Below, piece by piece: positions 1 to 8,889 of a stretch of DNA of 37,980 nucleotides. Origin of the DNA: Candidatus Latescibacterota bacterium (GTDB lineage: Bacteria; Latescibacterota; UBA2968; UBA8231); contig CBDBIJ010000147.1 in assembly GCA_965205655.1 (NCBI GenBank), positions 1 through 37,980 on the forward strand, in the 5' to 3' direction. The notes below the pieces were generated by a model. That model was given only the letters and a program-made list of their open reading frames with translations, did not search any database and was not told the DNA's origin. The position numbers were made by a program, and so were the translations under genes. Each line of letters opens with the position of its first letter. The first letter of the stretch is position 1.

Positions 1-1428
1 TTTGAACAACCTGAGTGCCCACAGTGGTGAATACCCCTCCTGTCCCGGCAACGAAGTGAACACGTTGTGGGTCGAGCCGTCTCCATCGAGGGCAAAGCCC
101 TCCGTGGCATCCTCATCGTTGTCGAAAAAGGCGTACATCTGGGGGGTCGACACCTCGCCGAGAGAGAACTCTATGGCGGTGCTCTTCGGGTTCTCGAACA
201 AGAGAAACTTGACGACCTGGTCCCGGTACCAGCCATTCTGGAGCTCCCTCGGCTCGCCTTTGTCAAACCGTTTTAAAGCGACCGAGCCGTCGGGGACCAT
301 CACGCAGTGCATGATCTTGTCGACCGGCTCGATCCCGTAGCCGGCCGCTTCGATATCCTGCAAGGATGTTGCTGAATTCGGCCGGAAATCCCTGTCCGTG
401 ACGACAACCTCGTTCACCTGGCGCAGGTCGTTGTAACCGGACTCACCGGGCACGTCATCGAATATCAACAGCTGCGCGGCGATCGCGTCACCCCGCGTGT
501 CCACAAGCTGATAGACAGCTGCCGGCGCGGTCGGTCTGACGTCGAAGTGGTAGAACTCGATCACTTCTCCGTTGGGGCCTATCGCCCTGTGTAGAAAGTC
601 TTCATCGAAGTCGATGGGCTCATCCGGCCCCGGCAGACGTGATTCGACAGAGCGCTTGAAGAAGCGGCCAGCGCTGTCGCTGAAGCGATCGATAGCGGCT
701 ATCGGAACATACCCGGGAAAGTTCGCCGTGATCTGTAGCGCCCCGATCTCGGCCGGCAAACTGACGTGGGCGACGAGGTCCGCTCGTATGTCCGCCCGCA
801 GAGTCTGTTCGACGACGACCTGATCAGTTGCGTCTCGGCCGCTGAGGAAAACGCGGATGCCCGTTCCGGTCGGGATGCCGCCAAACCTCACTTTTACCGG
901 GCCGTCGATCTCAATGGTCGTCGCGATGGAGTCGGCATCGGCGACGATGACGACATCGAGCTCGAGCACTTCGGGAGGCAGGTCGGAGGTCAAATCGAGG
1001 CTGCCGGTGAGGCGCCGGAGTGTGAGCAGGACGATCTCTGGAAATCCGGCTCCAACCTCAAGCGTGTCCGCCACCGAGAACGTGCGGATTTTGTTCACGT
1101 CGAAAGCATCGACCCGGAAGATGCGATCGGCTCCGACGGGAACATCCCGCACTCTCGCCATCGCCCGATCGGCCACCAGGTTCATGGTGCCGGTGATCGG
1201 CTCATTCATGTCGTCGGCGGTCACGGTAAACGTGATGTCCAGCAACAGCTGACTTCCAACCCCTGCGATGTCGGCGTCCAGAGGCAACGCAGCCACCAGC
1301 TCGATGCCCTCTTCCGCCTCGTCCCGAACGTTGGGATCAGCGGGGTTGTCTCGCCTCAATCCATCGCAGGCGCCGATTGCCAACCACACGACAAGAGGCG
1401 CTACTCCATATTTTGTCCACATTCTCAT
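1..1428 (-). CDS. Large predicted lipoprotein of unknown function, truncated by the window edge (>476 aa)
   Basis: Absent from the ORF track because it has no stop in the window. Manual translation from ATG 1428: MRMWTKYGVAPLVVWLAIGACDGLRRDNPADP..., open to base 1. Signal peptide with lipobox IGAC; C-terminal part has a duplicated motif (IFDDVPGESGYNDL / VFTSLPGQEGYSPLW). Starts 9 nt after the upstream stop. Confidence 0.8.
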   Translation of the reverse strand, partial: MRMWTKYGVAPLVVWLAIGACDGLRRDNPADPNVRDEAEEGIELVAALPLDADIAGVGSQLLLDITFTVTADDMNEPITGTMNLVADRAMARVRDVPVGADRIFRVDAFDVNKIRTFSVADTLEVGAGFPEIVLLTLRRLTGSLDLTSDLPPEVLELDVVIVADADSIATTIEIDGPVKVRFGGIPTGTGIRVFLSGRDATDQVVVEQTLRADIRADLVAHVSLPAEIGALQITANFPGYVPIAAIDRFSDSAGRFFKRSVESRLPGPDEPIDFDEDFLHRAIGPNGEVIEFYHFDVRPTAPAAVYQLVDTRGDAIAAQLLIFDDVPGESGYNDLRQVNEVVVTDRDFRPNSATSLQDIEAAGYGIEPVDKIMHCVMVPDGSVALKRFDKGEPRELQNGWYRDQVVKFLLFENPKSTAIEFSLGEVSTPQMYAFFDNDEDATEGFALDGDGSTHNVFTSLPGQEGYSPLWALRLFK

Positions 1429-1437
1429 TCGGATCAG

Positions 1438-1698
1438 CTACAGTGCCTGTCCCGCTTCGCCGCCGAAGAGTGTAAGCTGATCGGGATGCGTGGCGGTTAA
1501 TCTTGCGGTGTCGGGTAGTGGCTCCCCCTCGCGATACCTGTTGAGCCAGGCGTCGACATCGCCGCGTCGAAAGCGCACCAGCTTGCCGACGCGAAAATGG
1601 GGGATCTGACCGCGCATGACGAGCCGCCGCACCGTGGAGACAGAGCACCGCAGGTACTTGGCGACTTCGCCCGACGTCAGCAAACCTTCCTTTGCCAT
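1438..1698 (-). CDS. Excisionase-family (HTH_17, MerR-like) DNA-binding protein, 86 aa
   Basis: MAKEGLLTSGEVAKYLRCSVSTVRRLVMRGQIPHFRVGKLVRFRRGDVDAWL is the typical excisionase-like HTH-wing pattern. It is the C-terminal part of track ORF 1438..2085; ATG lies 11 nt after the queD stop. Confidence 0.85.
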   Translation of the reverse strand: MAKEGLLTSGEVAKYLRCSVSTVRRLVMRGQIPHFRVGKLVRFRRGDVDAWLNRYREGEPLPDTARLTATHPDQLTLFGGEAGQAL

Positions 1699-1709
1699 CG
1701 AGCCTGAGC

Positions 1710-2150
1710 CTATATCGTCACCGCTCTGGTGAGCGTGAAGAGATTGTTGTCCGTTTCCCTGATCGTGAGTTCGATTTGATACTCGATTCCGCGTCCCGGG
1801 AACAGCTTCGAAAGCACCTCCACCGACTCGTTCATGCAGTAGAGCGCTACGTTCTCGACGCTCGGATTCCCGCCGGGAAGGACCACCACTCCCTCGGGCT
1901 CGAAGAGATCCGATCTGAGAAAAACGTCGTCCTGCTCGGAGACCATCATCTTGTGATCGAGAAACTTGAAGATGTCCTTCAACGCACCGAAATCGACGGA
2001 CATATCGAGCGCCTCCATACGCGGGAAGCGCTCGGCGCTGACGACGAAAGTGCCGCGCCACGAGTGCCCGTGCACGAAGGCGCATTTGCCCTCATATCCG
2101 AGTTGACGGTGGGCTGCGTGAAACATCCCGTGTGCGGTGATCCTTTCCAT
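1710..2150 (-). CDS. queD: 6-carboxytetrahydropterin synthase / PTPS (QueD family)
   Basis: Motifs FHAAHR, CAFVHGHSW (C-x3-HGH), VDFGALK, LDH, NPSVENVA and IRET. Confidence 0.85.
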   Translation of the reverse strand: MERITAHGMFHAAHRQLGYEGKCAFVHGHSWRGTFVVSAERFPRMEALDMSVDFGALKDIFKFLDHKMMVSEQDDVFLRSDLFEPEGVVVLPGGNPSVENVALYCMNESVEVLSKLFPGRGIEYQIELTIRETDNNLFTLTRAVTI

Positions 2151-2156
2151 TCCCAA

Positions 2157-2447
2157 TCACACCTTTTTCATTATTTCGGCAACTACATTGACATGCTCAC
2201 CTGTCTTTTTCTGGAGTCGCACTCGCGCGATCCAGGCCATCAGCGACGTCAGCGCGGCCGCTAGGATCAGGTAGTAGAGAGCCTTGGCCGTGACCTGTAC
2301 GACAGGAGACGTCGAAGCCGTGGTGAGGACAATGATGAGCACGAACGCGACGAGAATGATTGCCGTCATGGACCGCAGTACTTTCTGGCAGGCGGCGATT
2401 GCCGCAAGGCTTCGCTGCGAACCATCTCCGACGACCTGTTCAGCCAT
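2157..2447 (-). CDS. Small membrane protein with two TM helices, 96 aa, unknown function
   Basis: GGGGGAG RBS upstream of ATG 2447; two hydrophobic segments (MTAIILVAFVLIIVL, ALYYLILAAALTSLMAWIA); stop 6 nt before the queD start. Confidence 0.7.
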   Translation of the reverse strand: MAEQVVGDGSQRSLAAIAACQKVLRSMTAIILVAFVLIIVLTTASTSPVVQVTAKALYYLILAAALTSLMAWIARVRLQKKTGEHVNVVAEIMKKV

Positions 2448-2504
2448 GTCAGTCTCCCCCTGCTGTTGCGCGACCCGCCGACCGAATCTTTTCGGCATCG
2501 ACTT

Positions 2505-3659
2505 TCAGTGTACGGGAGCGCCGAGGCTCCCGAGAGCGAGCTCCCGGCCGCATCGGTCGGCCTCCATCACCTCTTCGACCGAAGCCGCGGGCTGCGTCTC
2601 ATGCGCCTCGAGCGCGTGCTTGGCGATTTGGTAGATGTCCAGAAAGTCAACCTGGCCGCTCAGGAAAGCCTTTACCGCCACCTCGTTGGCCGCGCTCAGG
2701 CAGGCGGGCGTGGTTCCTCCCCTTCTCCCAGCCTCGTAGCACAGCTCCAGACAGGGGAAGCTTTCCCAATCGGGCTCCTCGAAGTGAAGGGCCTCCAGCG
2801 CCACGAGGTCGAGCGGGTCGAGCGGCGCTGGGGCCCGGTGCGGGTGTGTCAGCGCGTACTGAATCGGCAGCAGCATGTCCGTTTTTCCCAAGTGCGCCAT
2901 AATCGTTCCGTCGACGAATTCCACCATAGAGTGTACGACAGATTCCCGGTGTACGACGACCTCGATCTGGTCGACTGGGACATCGAACAGCCAGCTCGCC
3001 TCGATAACCTCGAAACCCTTGTTCATCAGGGTGGCACAATCGATCGTGATCTTCGCTCCCATTCTCCAGGTCGGGTGGTCGAGCGCCTGTGCGGGCGTGA
3101 CCGCCCGCATTTGATCGACAGACCGGCCCCTGAAGGCCCCGCCTGACGCCGTCAAAATGAGACGGCGCACATCCGTCTCGCCTCGAAGGCACTGCCACAA
3201 GGCGCTCGGCTCGCTGTCCAGGGGAAGGATCTCACCGCCGTTGCAGCGAGCTGCCTCGAGGATGAGCCCCCCCGCCATGACGAGGGGCTCCTTGTTTGCC
3301 ATCGCCACGACGCGTCCCGCTTCTGCCGCTGCCAGCGTGGGCCGTAGACCGACGGCCCCGACGAGGCCGTTGAGGACGACGTCGACACCCTTCCGGCACG
3401 CCAGCTCGATGAGTCCGGCCTCTCCACAGAGCACCTCCACCCCCGGTAGTTGTCGCGCAACGTCGTCAGAGCGCTCCTCCTGAGCCACGCACACGGCGGC
3501 CGGGTGCCACGCGCGGGCTCTTTCGACGAGCTTGTCCGTCTGGCTCCCGGCGCTCAAGCCAACGACGCGGTATTGATCGTCTAGGCTCTCCAGAGCCTTG
3601 AACGTCGAATCACCGATCGAACCTGTGCACCCGAGGATGACGATATTCCTCTGGGGCAT
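2505..3659 (-). CDS. dxr: 1-deoxy-D-xylulose 5-phosphate reductoisomerase
   Basis: ILGCTGSIG, ANKE, LPLDSE, LTASGGAFR, HPTWRMGAKITIDCATLMNKGFEVIEA, AANEVAV; start set at MPQRN. Confidence 0.97.
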   Translation of the reverse strand: MPQRNIVILGCTGSIGDSTFKALESLDDQYRVVGLSAGSQTDKLVERARAWHPAAVCVAQEERSDDVARQLPGVEVLCGEAGLIELACRKGVDVVLNGLVGAVGLRPTLAAAEAGRVVAMANKEPLVMAGGLILEAARCNGGEILPLDSEPSALWQCLRGETDVRRLILTASGGAFRGRSVDQMRAVTPAQALDHPTWRMGAKITIDCATLMNKGFEVIEASWLFDVPVDQIEVVVHRESVVHSMVEFVDGTIMAHLGKTDMLLPIQYALTHPHRAPAPLDPLDLVALEALHFEEPDWESFPCLELCYEAGRRGGTTPACLSAANEVAVKAFLSGQVDFLDIYQIAKHALEAHETQPAASVEEVMEADRCGRELALGSLGAPVH

Positions 3660-3672
3660 CGCTACTCTCAGT

Positions 3673-4092
3673 CTAAATATCGAGAACGGCTTCCATTTCC
3701 CAACCTTGTGACACGCCTTTCGCGTCACGGCTCAGGCGGAACCGGTGCATGGTTACCGCCTTGACATCGACCAGCAGTTCGTGATGGCTGGGATCCAGGG
3801 CCTCACCTACCAGAGCCGACTCGGGTTGGTAGGCGCCACTAATACTCACTTCTTTCGGAATCAGCAGCAAACCCTCCGCGTCCTTGAAGAAGATGATCTC
3901 CTAAAGGAAATCGAAGAGCAGCATCTCGAGGCGATCTTCAGCCAACTCAACATTCCTGCAGACCCGCGATGTGATGGTGTCCAGGTCGGCCACCATCACA
4001 CGCAGCGTAGCCACCGCACCCTGCTCGAACACTTCCTCCGGAGACGTCCCCCACGCCCGGAAGGCGACATCGGCGATGGCGACATCTTCGAG
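3673..4092 (-). pseudogene. Archease remnant: no start codon, in-frame TAG at 3903-3901
   Basis: One frame reads LEDVAIADVAFRAWGTSPEEVFEQGAVA...LEMLLFDFL*EIIFFKD...VDVKAVTMHRF...AVLDI, with the archease N-terminal AD motif, KAVTxH and terminal LDI. An in-frame TGA lies just upstream and no start codon is available. Confidence 0.85.
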
Positions 4093-4236
4093 ATCTGATC
4101 GAAAACCCCCTCATCCATTTCACCGATCAGCTTCTCGTGCCGATGATGCGCGCGGGAACACGCATGTCCGGTTTGAAGGAAGTCGGCAGCTCCCACACCT
4201 AGGTGTGATCCGCTTCAGCTGGTCTGGGACTGACAC
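4087..4236 (-). pseudogene. rtcB: 5' fragment (~50 codons) of RtcB RNA ligase with two single-base deletions, fused to the archease remnant
   Basis: GAGG RBS and GTG at 4236. Joining three frames gives MSVPDQLKRITP-VWELPTSFKPDMRVPARIIGT-EKLIGEMDEGVFDQIS, matching the N-terminus of archaeal-type RtcB as recalled (KRI...WE.P....MRVPARI.A.EKL..EMD..V..Q..N). It adjoins archease, the usual partner. Confidence 0.7.
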
Positions 4237-4296
4237 GACCTCGTGGGCAGAGACAGATGCGCGCCTGGCGGAACCATGGCAGCTGTGGGGTAAACG

Positions 4297-4379
4297 TATG
4301 GCGCCGGTGGAGAGTCATCCCCATTGGCGCCATATCGTCGAGTGGGCGCTAGTCGCCCGTACGTATGTTCAGCGACTAG
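4297..4379. other. Two adjacent stem-loops between nuoI-like and the rtcB remnant
   Basis: TATGGCGCC...GGCGCCATA (4297-4333, with inner pairing) and CTAGTCGC...GCGACTAG (4349-4379); neither has a U-tract. Confidence 0.5.
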
Positions 4380-4900
4380 GTATCGGATGAAAGCAGGCTC
4401 TCTCTGTCAAAAACGAGCTCCCCTCGGTTTTCGGCGACAAGATGACGACGCTGGCTCATCACGATCGCCTCCTCTGGACAGGCCTCGGCGCACAGGCCAC
4501 AGAGGACACACCGCCCCATGTCGAGCTCGAACTGTGCGGGCCAGCGCGATTTTTCTCGCTCGCGATGGCGCCGGCGCTGCCGCCCTGCGTCGTGATCCCG
4601 CGCATCCGTCACCATCTCCTCCGGGCTCTCAGCAGCTTCAATCCGTATGCACTCCGCCGGACATACGGTTTCGCACAGAAAACAGGCGACGCACCTTACG
4701 CGCCCCTCATCATCTGCAGTCAGGCGGGGCATGCCGCGGTACCTGCCGAGCTGAGCCCCGGATTTTTCGGGGTAACCGACAGTCTGCGAGCGCCGGAAGA
4801 GATTTCCGAAAGCGGTGAAAAGCGGGGCGCAGACAGCGGTGATGTAGGCTCGATCGGCCCAGCTTGATCCGCGAGGATTCTTGAAGGAGTGTTGCGCCAC
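4376..4900 (-). CDS. Stand-alone NuoI-like 2x[4Fe-4S] ferredoxin
   Basis: TVGYPE, RYRG, CVACFLCETVCP and CVLCGLCAEACPEEAI give the NuoI layout. GTG start overlaps the rny TAG (TAGTG). No other nuo genes in the window. Confidence 0.85.
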   Translation of the reverse strand: MAQHSFKNPRGSSWADRAYITAVCAPLFTAFGNLFRRSQTVGYPEKSGAQLGRYRGMPRLTADDEGRVRCVACFLCETVCPAECIRIEAAESPEEMVTDARDHDAGRQRRRHREREKSRWPAQFELDMGRCVLCGLCAEACPEEAIVMSQRRHLVAENRGELVFDRESLLSSDT

Positions 4901-6573
4901 TATCTGCGCACGCCACCGTTTCGGGAGCGCCGCCCGTTTCGACGTCCCTGCCGATTGTTGCCGCGCCGGTTTCGAGGCCTTCCCGTTTGGCGAACCGATC
5001 GCGTCTCCCGCACGACCATCACCTTCACCTCCCCCGCGAAGGTCACTTCGTTCTTGACCCGCTCGGCGATGTCGAAGGAGAGTATCTCTGCGTCGTCGTC
5101 GCTGATCTGGTCACCCATAACCATGACTCGAAGTTCCCTGCCCGCATTGATCGCGTAGACATCTTTGACGCCATCGAACGAAGTGGCGATTTCCTCAAGC
5201 TTCATCATTCGCCGGGCGTAGCCCTCCGGGTCCTCGCGGCGCCCGCCGGGGCGTATGGAGGAAATCGAGTCTGCCGCCTTCACGACGAAGCAGATCGGGT
5301 CCAGCCTTTCGTTGTCCTCGTGGTGCTCGGCGATCACCTCCTTCACCACCGGGTGCTCACCGAAGCGATCCGCGAGCTCGACACCCAGGTCGATGTGCGT
5401 CCCCTCCATCTCCCGGCTTACCGTCTTGCCGATGTCGTGCAGCAGACCCGCCCGTCTCGCTAGGCGAGCGTCGAGCCCAATTTCTCCGGCGAGCAAGCCA
5501 CTGAGCTGAGCCACCTCGAGGCAGTGCTGCAGCTGGTTCTGCCCGTAACTGCTGCGGTATTTGAGCCTGCCCAGAGATTGCGGCAGGTCGGGGTGACAGT
5601 CCCTCGCCCCAATCTCCGTCAAAGCCTTTTTGCCGGCATCGACCATGTCGTTTTCGAGAGTTTTCTTGGAATCGGCCACGACGTCCTCGATGCGGCCGGG
5701 TGTAAATCCGCCGTCCTTGATGAGCCGCTCCATGGCGATAGCGGCCGTCTCACGCTTTATGGGATCGAAGGAGGAAAGCAGAACGGTGTCGGGCGTGTCA
5801 TCGACCACGACCTTGACGCCGGTGGCCGTCTCGAAGGCCCTCACGTTGCGGCCCTCCTTGCCGATGATGCGACTTTTCAGACCCTCGTTGGGAAGGGCTA
5901 CAGTAGAAGTGGACGTGTGCTCTGCTTCCTCGACGGCGCAACGCTGGATCGCCTGGGCGATGATCTTTCTCGCTTCTCGATCGGCCTCTTCCTTCGCCCT
6001 GATGCGCTCGGCTCGAATAATGGCGGCAGTTCGGGCCTTCACCTCCCCGGACAGGCTCTCGAGCATCTGCTCCTTCGCCTCCTCCGCGGTCAGACTGGCC
6101 ACCAGCTCGAGCCGTTCCCTGTAGATCTCTCTTGAACTGGCGAGCTCCTCCTCCGAACTGCTCAGCGTTCGCTCTCGCGTCGACAGGCGGCGCTCCTGAT
6201 TCTTGAGCCGACTGAGTTCCTTGCGGAGTTCGTCTCGGCGATTCCTCACCTCCCGATCTCGTCCAGCCAACTCCTTCTCACGGCTGTTGAGCTCGTCTAT
6301 CTGCCTCTCGAGACCATCCTCCTGCTCCTTCTTAAGCTTGTACCACGTGTCCTTTTCTTCGAGAAAGGCAAGCCGCTGAGTGCGCTCTTCCTCGGCCAGG
6401 CGTTTCAAGGCCCGTTCGTCCGCCTCTTCCTCGACGCGGGCGACCGTGCTCCTTTTCAACAAATGGCTGACGAGAAAACCCACCCCTGCCCCGAGAATCA
6501 GAGAGCCCAGCCCGTACAGCACTGCGGGCCAGACAGGTATGCTCTGGGTGCCAGACAGTGTGAACTCGAACAT
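4900..6573 (-). CDS. rny: Ribonuclease Y
   Basis: N-terminal TM helix, long coiled coil, KH domain (RIIGKEGRNVRAFE), HD domain (RSSYGQNQLQH, GLLHDIGK, AADSISSIRPGGR), C-terminal YAINAGRELRV, Arg/Asn-rich tail. Confidence 0.97.
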   Translation of the reverse strand: MFEFTLSGTQSIPVWPAVLYGLGSLILGAGVGFLVSHLLKRSTVARVEEEADERALKRLAEEERTQRLAFLEEKDTWYKLKKEQEDGLERQIDELNSREKELAGRDREVRNRRDELRKELSRLKNQERRLSTRERTLSSSEEELASSREIYRERLELVASLTAEEAKEQMLESLSGEVKARTAAIIRAERIRAKEEADREARKIIAQAIQRCAVEEAEHTSTSTVALPNEGLKSRIIGKEGRNVRAFETATGVKVVVDDTPDTVLLSSFDPIKRETAAIAMERLIKDGGFTPGRIEDVVADSKKTLENDMVDAGKKALTEIGARDCHPDLPQSLGRLKYRSSYGQNQLQHCLEVAQLSGLLAGEIGLDARLARRAGLLHDIGKTVSREMEGTHIDLGVELADRFGEHPVVKEVIAEHHEDNERLDPICFVVKAADSISSIRPGGRREDPEGYARRMMKLEEIATSFDGVKDVYAINAGRELRVMVMGDQISDDDAEILSFDIAERVKNEVTFAGEVKVMVVRETRSVRQTGRPRNRRGNNRQGRRNGRRSRNGGVRR

Positions 6574-6622
6574 TGGCTTTCGTTGCCTCGATATGGATGT
6601 CTAAAGCAGTCATTTCAATTGG

Positions 6623-6650
6623 ATCGACGGGGTCGCTTGTCCCCATCGAT
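6623..6650 (-). other. Stem-loop in the rny upstream region (leader or weak terminator of the KamA gene)
   Basis: Minus strand AUCGAUGGGG-ACAAGCGA-CCCCGUCGAU, a 10-bp stem with one G-U pair. Confidence 0.45.
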
Positions 6651-6696
6651 TCCGGCTCTTCAAATATACCCTTATGAGCCAACACCCGCTCCCGGC

Positions 6697-8092
6697 TCAA
6701 TCGACCCCGGCGCCTGAGGCCTTCGCCCCTTCGAGTGCTGCCTCGACCATCTGCTCCCGTCTGGCGGGATCGCTCCAATCTTCCCTGGCCGTATCCGACA
6801 GCTGGTGCAATGGGTCGAAAGAAAGGAAAAATTTCCCAGGCCGCACCGCCGGACTGGTGAACACGGCGATTCCCGCATGTCGATCGTAGTGTTCGTAGGC
6901 GAGAACGTGACGCTTGCCGCCGCCGCCCATGGTGTCCACGACGAAGGCGGGCGTGTTGAACCCCGCTGTTACCCCGCGGACTCGCTTCTCCAAGTCGATC
7001 GCCGTTTGCAGGGTCGTCCTCAGCTCTTCGACCCCGCGCACCATGTCGTGGACGAACACGTAGTACGGATGAGCGTTGATGTAGCACAGACTCTTTACCA
7101 AAAGCTGCATCGTCTCCGCGGAATCATTCACGCCCCTCTGCAGAACCGCCTGGTTTCGCGTCGTGATGCCGCGCTCGGTCAGTCTGTTCATCCCGGCGCG
7201 GGTGATCTCCGTGATCTCGCGTGGGTGGTTGAAGTGTGTGTGCAGGGCGACTTCTTTGTGGAGCCGCCGCCCCCGTTCCACCACTCTGGCGAGCGCCTCT
7301 ACCCAGGCATCGTCTCCAACCAGCTTCTGCGGCATGACCGCGGGGCCTTTGGTGGCGTACCTGATGCGACGGATGTTGTCCATCTCCAGCAAGGTCATGC
7401 CGATCTGTTCGATGTGTTCGGGTCTGAGGTTGTACATGTCCCCGCCGCTTATGACGATATCCTCGAGCTCGGGGCGGCTCGCGATGTAGGCGAACGCCCC
7501 CGACCAGCGATCGGCATTGACCCCGAAATTGGACCTTGTCCACCTGGTCCGTGTCAAGCCCGATCGAGTAGGAGCGGGTGCAGAAGCGACAGTACACCGG
7601 ACAGGTGTCCAGGGCGAGAAACAGGGCGCGATCGACGTATCGGTGGATCAGCCCCGGGACAGGCGAGTCCACCTGCTCGTTGAGACCGTCCAACGCGAGC
7701 TTGGGGTGATCCGGCTGGAAGCGCGAGTAGAGTGGCAGGAACTGAATCCGCAGCGGATCCTCGTATGGCTGACTCCAGTCGATGAGGCTGAGTATGTAGG
7801 GAGATATGCGCAGACTCATCGTAGAGTGCCGGATCCCGCGCTCCACGTCGTCATAGAAATCGGAGTGCACCAGAGCGCCCACCACCTCGCGCAATTTGGC
7901 CGTAGTCGTCACGCAGTTGCGGCTCTGGAAGCGGTGGTCGTGGAATGCAGCCGAGTCCAGCCCGGCATATGCCGGAAGCGCGCGCCAGAATTCGTCTGCG
8001 CGCAGCTCCCGGTGCTCTAACGTTTGCAGATCTCTCGTCTGCAAGATATCGGCTGGCGCCGAATCATGCGCAGATGGAAACGCCGTCTTCAT
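6697..8092 (-). CDS. KamA-family (lysine 2,3-aminomutase-like) radical SAM/PLP enzyme; one +1 frameshift at ~7531, probably an assembly error
   Basis: SPVPGLIHRY, CPVYCRFCTR, ISGGD, HTHFNHPREIT, NQAVLQRGVND and GGGGK (PLP lysine). Removing one base joins track ORFs 7124..8092 and 6697..7557 into 464 aa. Confidence 0.9.
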
Positions 8093-8128
8093 GCCAGATC
8101 TAACCGAGATTTCAGCTTGGTCCGAAGC

Positions 8129-8763
8129 TTATTTCGCCGCGCTGTAGCGCGACGCTACTTCGTCCCAATTGATGACGTTGAAAAAGGCGGCGATGTAATC
8201 TGGTCTCCGGTTCTGGTAGTTCAGGTAATAGGCGTGCTCCCACACATCCATGCCGAGGATGGGAGTGCCTCCGCCGATTTCGTCGCCGGCGACGCCGGCT
8301 CCCATGAGAGGACTGTCCTGGTTCGGCGTGCTTCCCACGACGAGTTTGCCCCCCTTGGCGACCAGCCAGGCCCAACCGCTGCCAAATCTGGTGACGCCGG
8401 TGGCAGAAAAACTCTCCTTGAAAGCGTCGAAACCACCCAAGATCGCTGTCGATGGCGGCGGCCAGATCACCTGCCGGACCGCCTCCACCCGGGCCCCATC
8501 CCTGTCCAGAAGAGCGAGTGATTGGCATGCCCACCGCCATTGTTGCGCACCGCAGCTCTGATGTCAGCCGGCACTGCGTTGAGATCGGAGATGAGCTCCT
8601 CCACACTCTTCGAGGCCAGATCGGCATGACTTTCCAGCGCTGTGTTGACGTTCGTGATGTATGTGTTGTGATGCTTGCCGTGATGGATCTCCATCGTCGT
8701 TGCATCGATGTGAGGTTCGAGCGCGTTGTGCGCGTACGGGAGATCGGGCAGAGAGTACGCCAT
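8129..8763 (-). CDS. sodA: Fe/Mn superoxide dismutase, Mn-type signature; two +1 frameshifts (~8488, ~8437)
   Basis: [47 protein letters not shown] and DVWEHAYYL. Span is 635 nt = 633+2. Confidence 0.93.
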
Positions 8764-8889
8764 TCTTCTATCCTTTCGGCAAAATGAGGTATTGTGTTAT
8801 GGAATAACTCGCCAGGGGCGATCGAAGATGTTCAAGGTCCATCACGAACCAGCGGGCGCGGAAATTCCGGCAGTCGAAGCAATTCCTGC

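Noticed and set aside
1438..2150. Excisionase plus queD as a prophage or a 7-deazaguanine DNA-modification (dpd) island
   Set aside because: No integrase, phage genes, dpdA/tgt paralog, queC or queE in the window; the genes are embedded in a dxr operon
3901..3903. In-frame TAG in archease as pyrrolysine or stop-codon reassignment
   Set aside because: TAG is a normal stop for rny, eno and the nuoI-like gene; the gene also lacks a start; a CAG>TAG nonsense change is the simplest explanation
6574..6696. 6S RNA, often found upstream of rny
   Set aside because: The gap is only ~120 nt with one short hairpin and no long rod with a central bubble
8270..8310. Gly-rich insert in SOD ([11 protein letters not shown]) as a novelty
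   Set aside because: A comparable variable loop after DSPLM occurs in E. coli-type MnSODs
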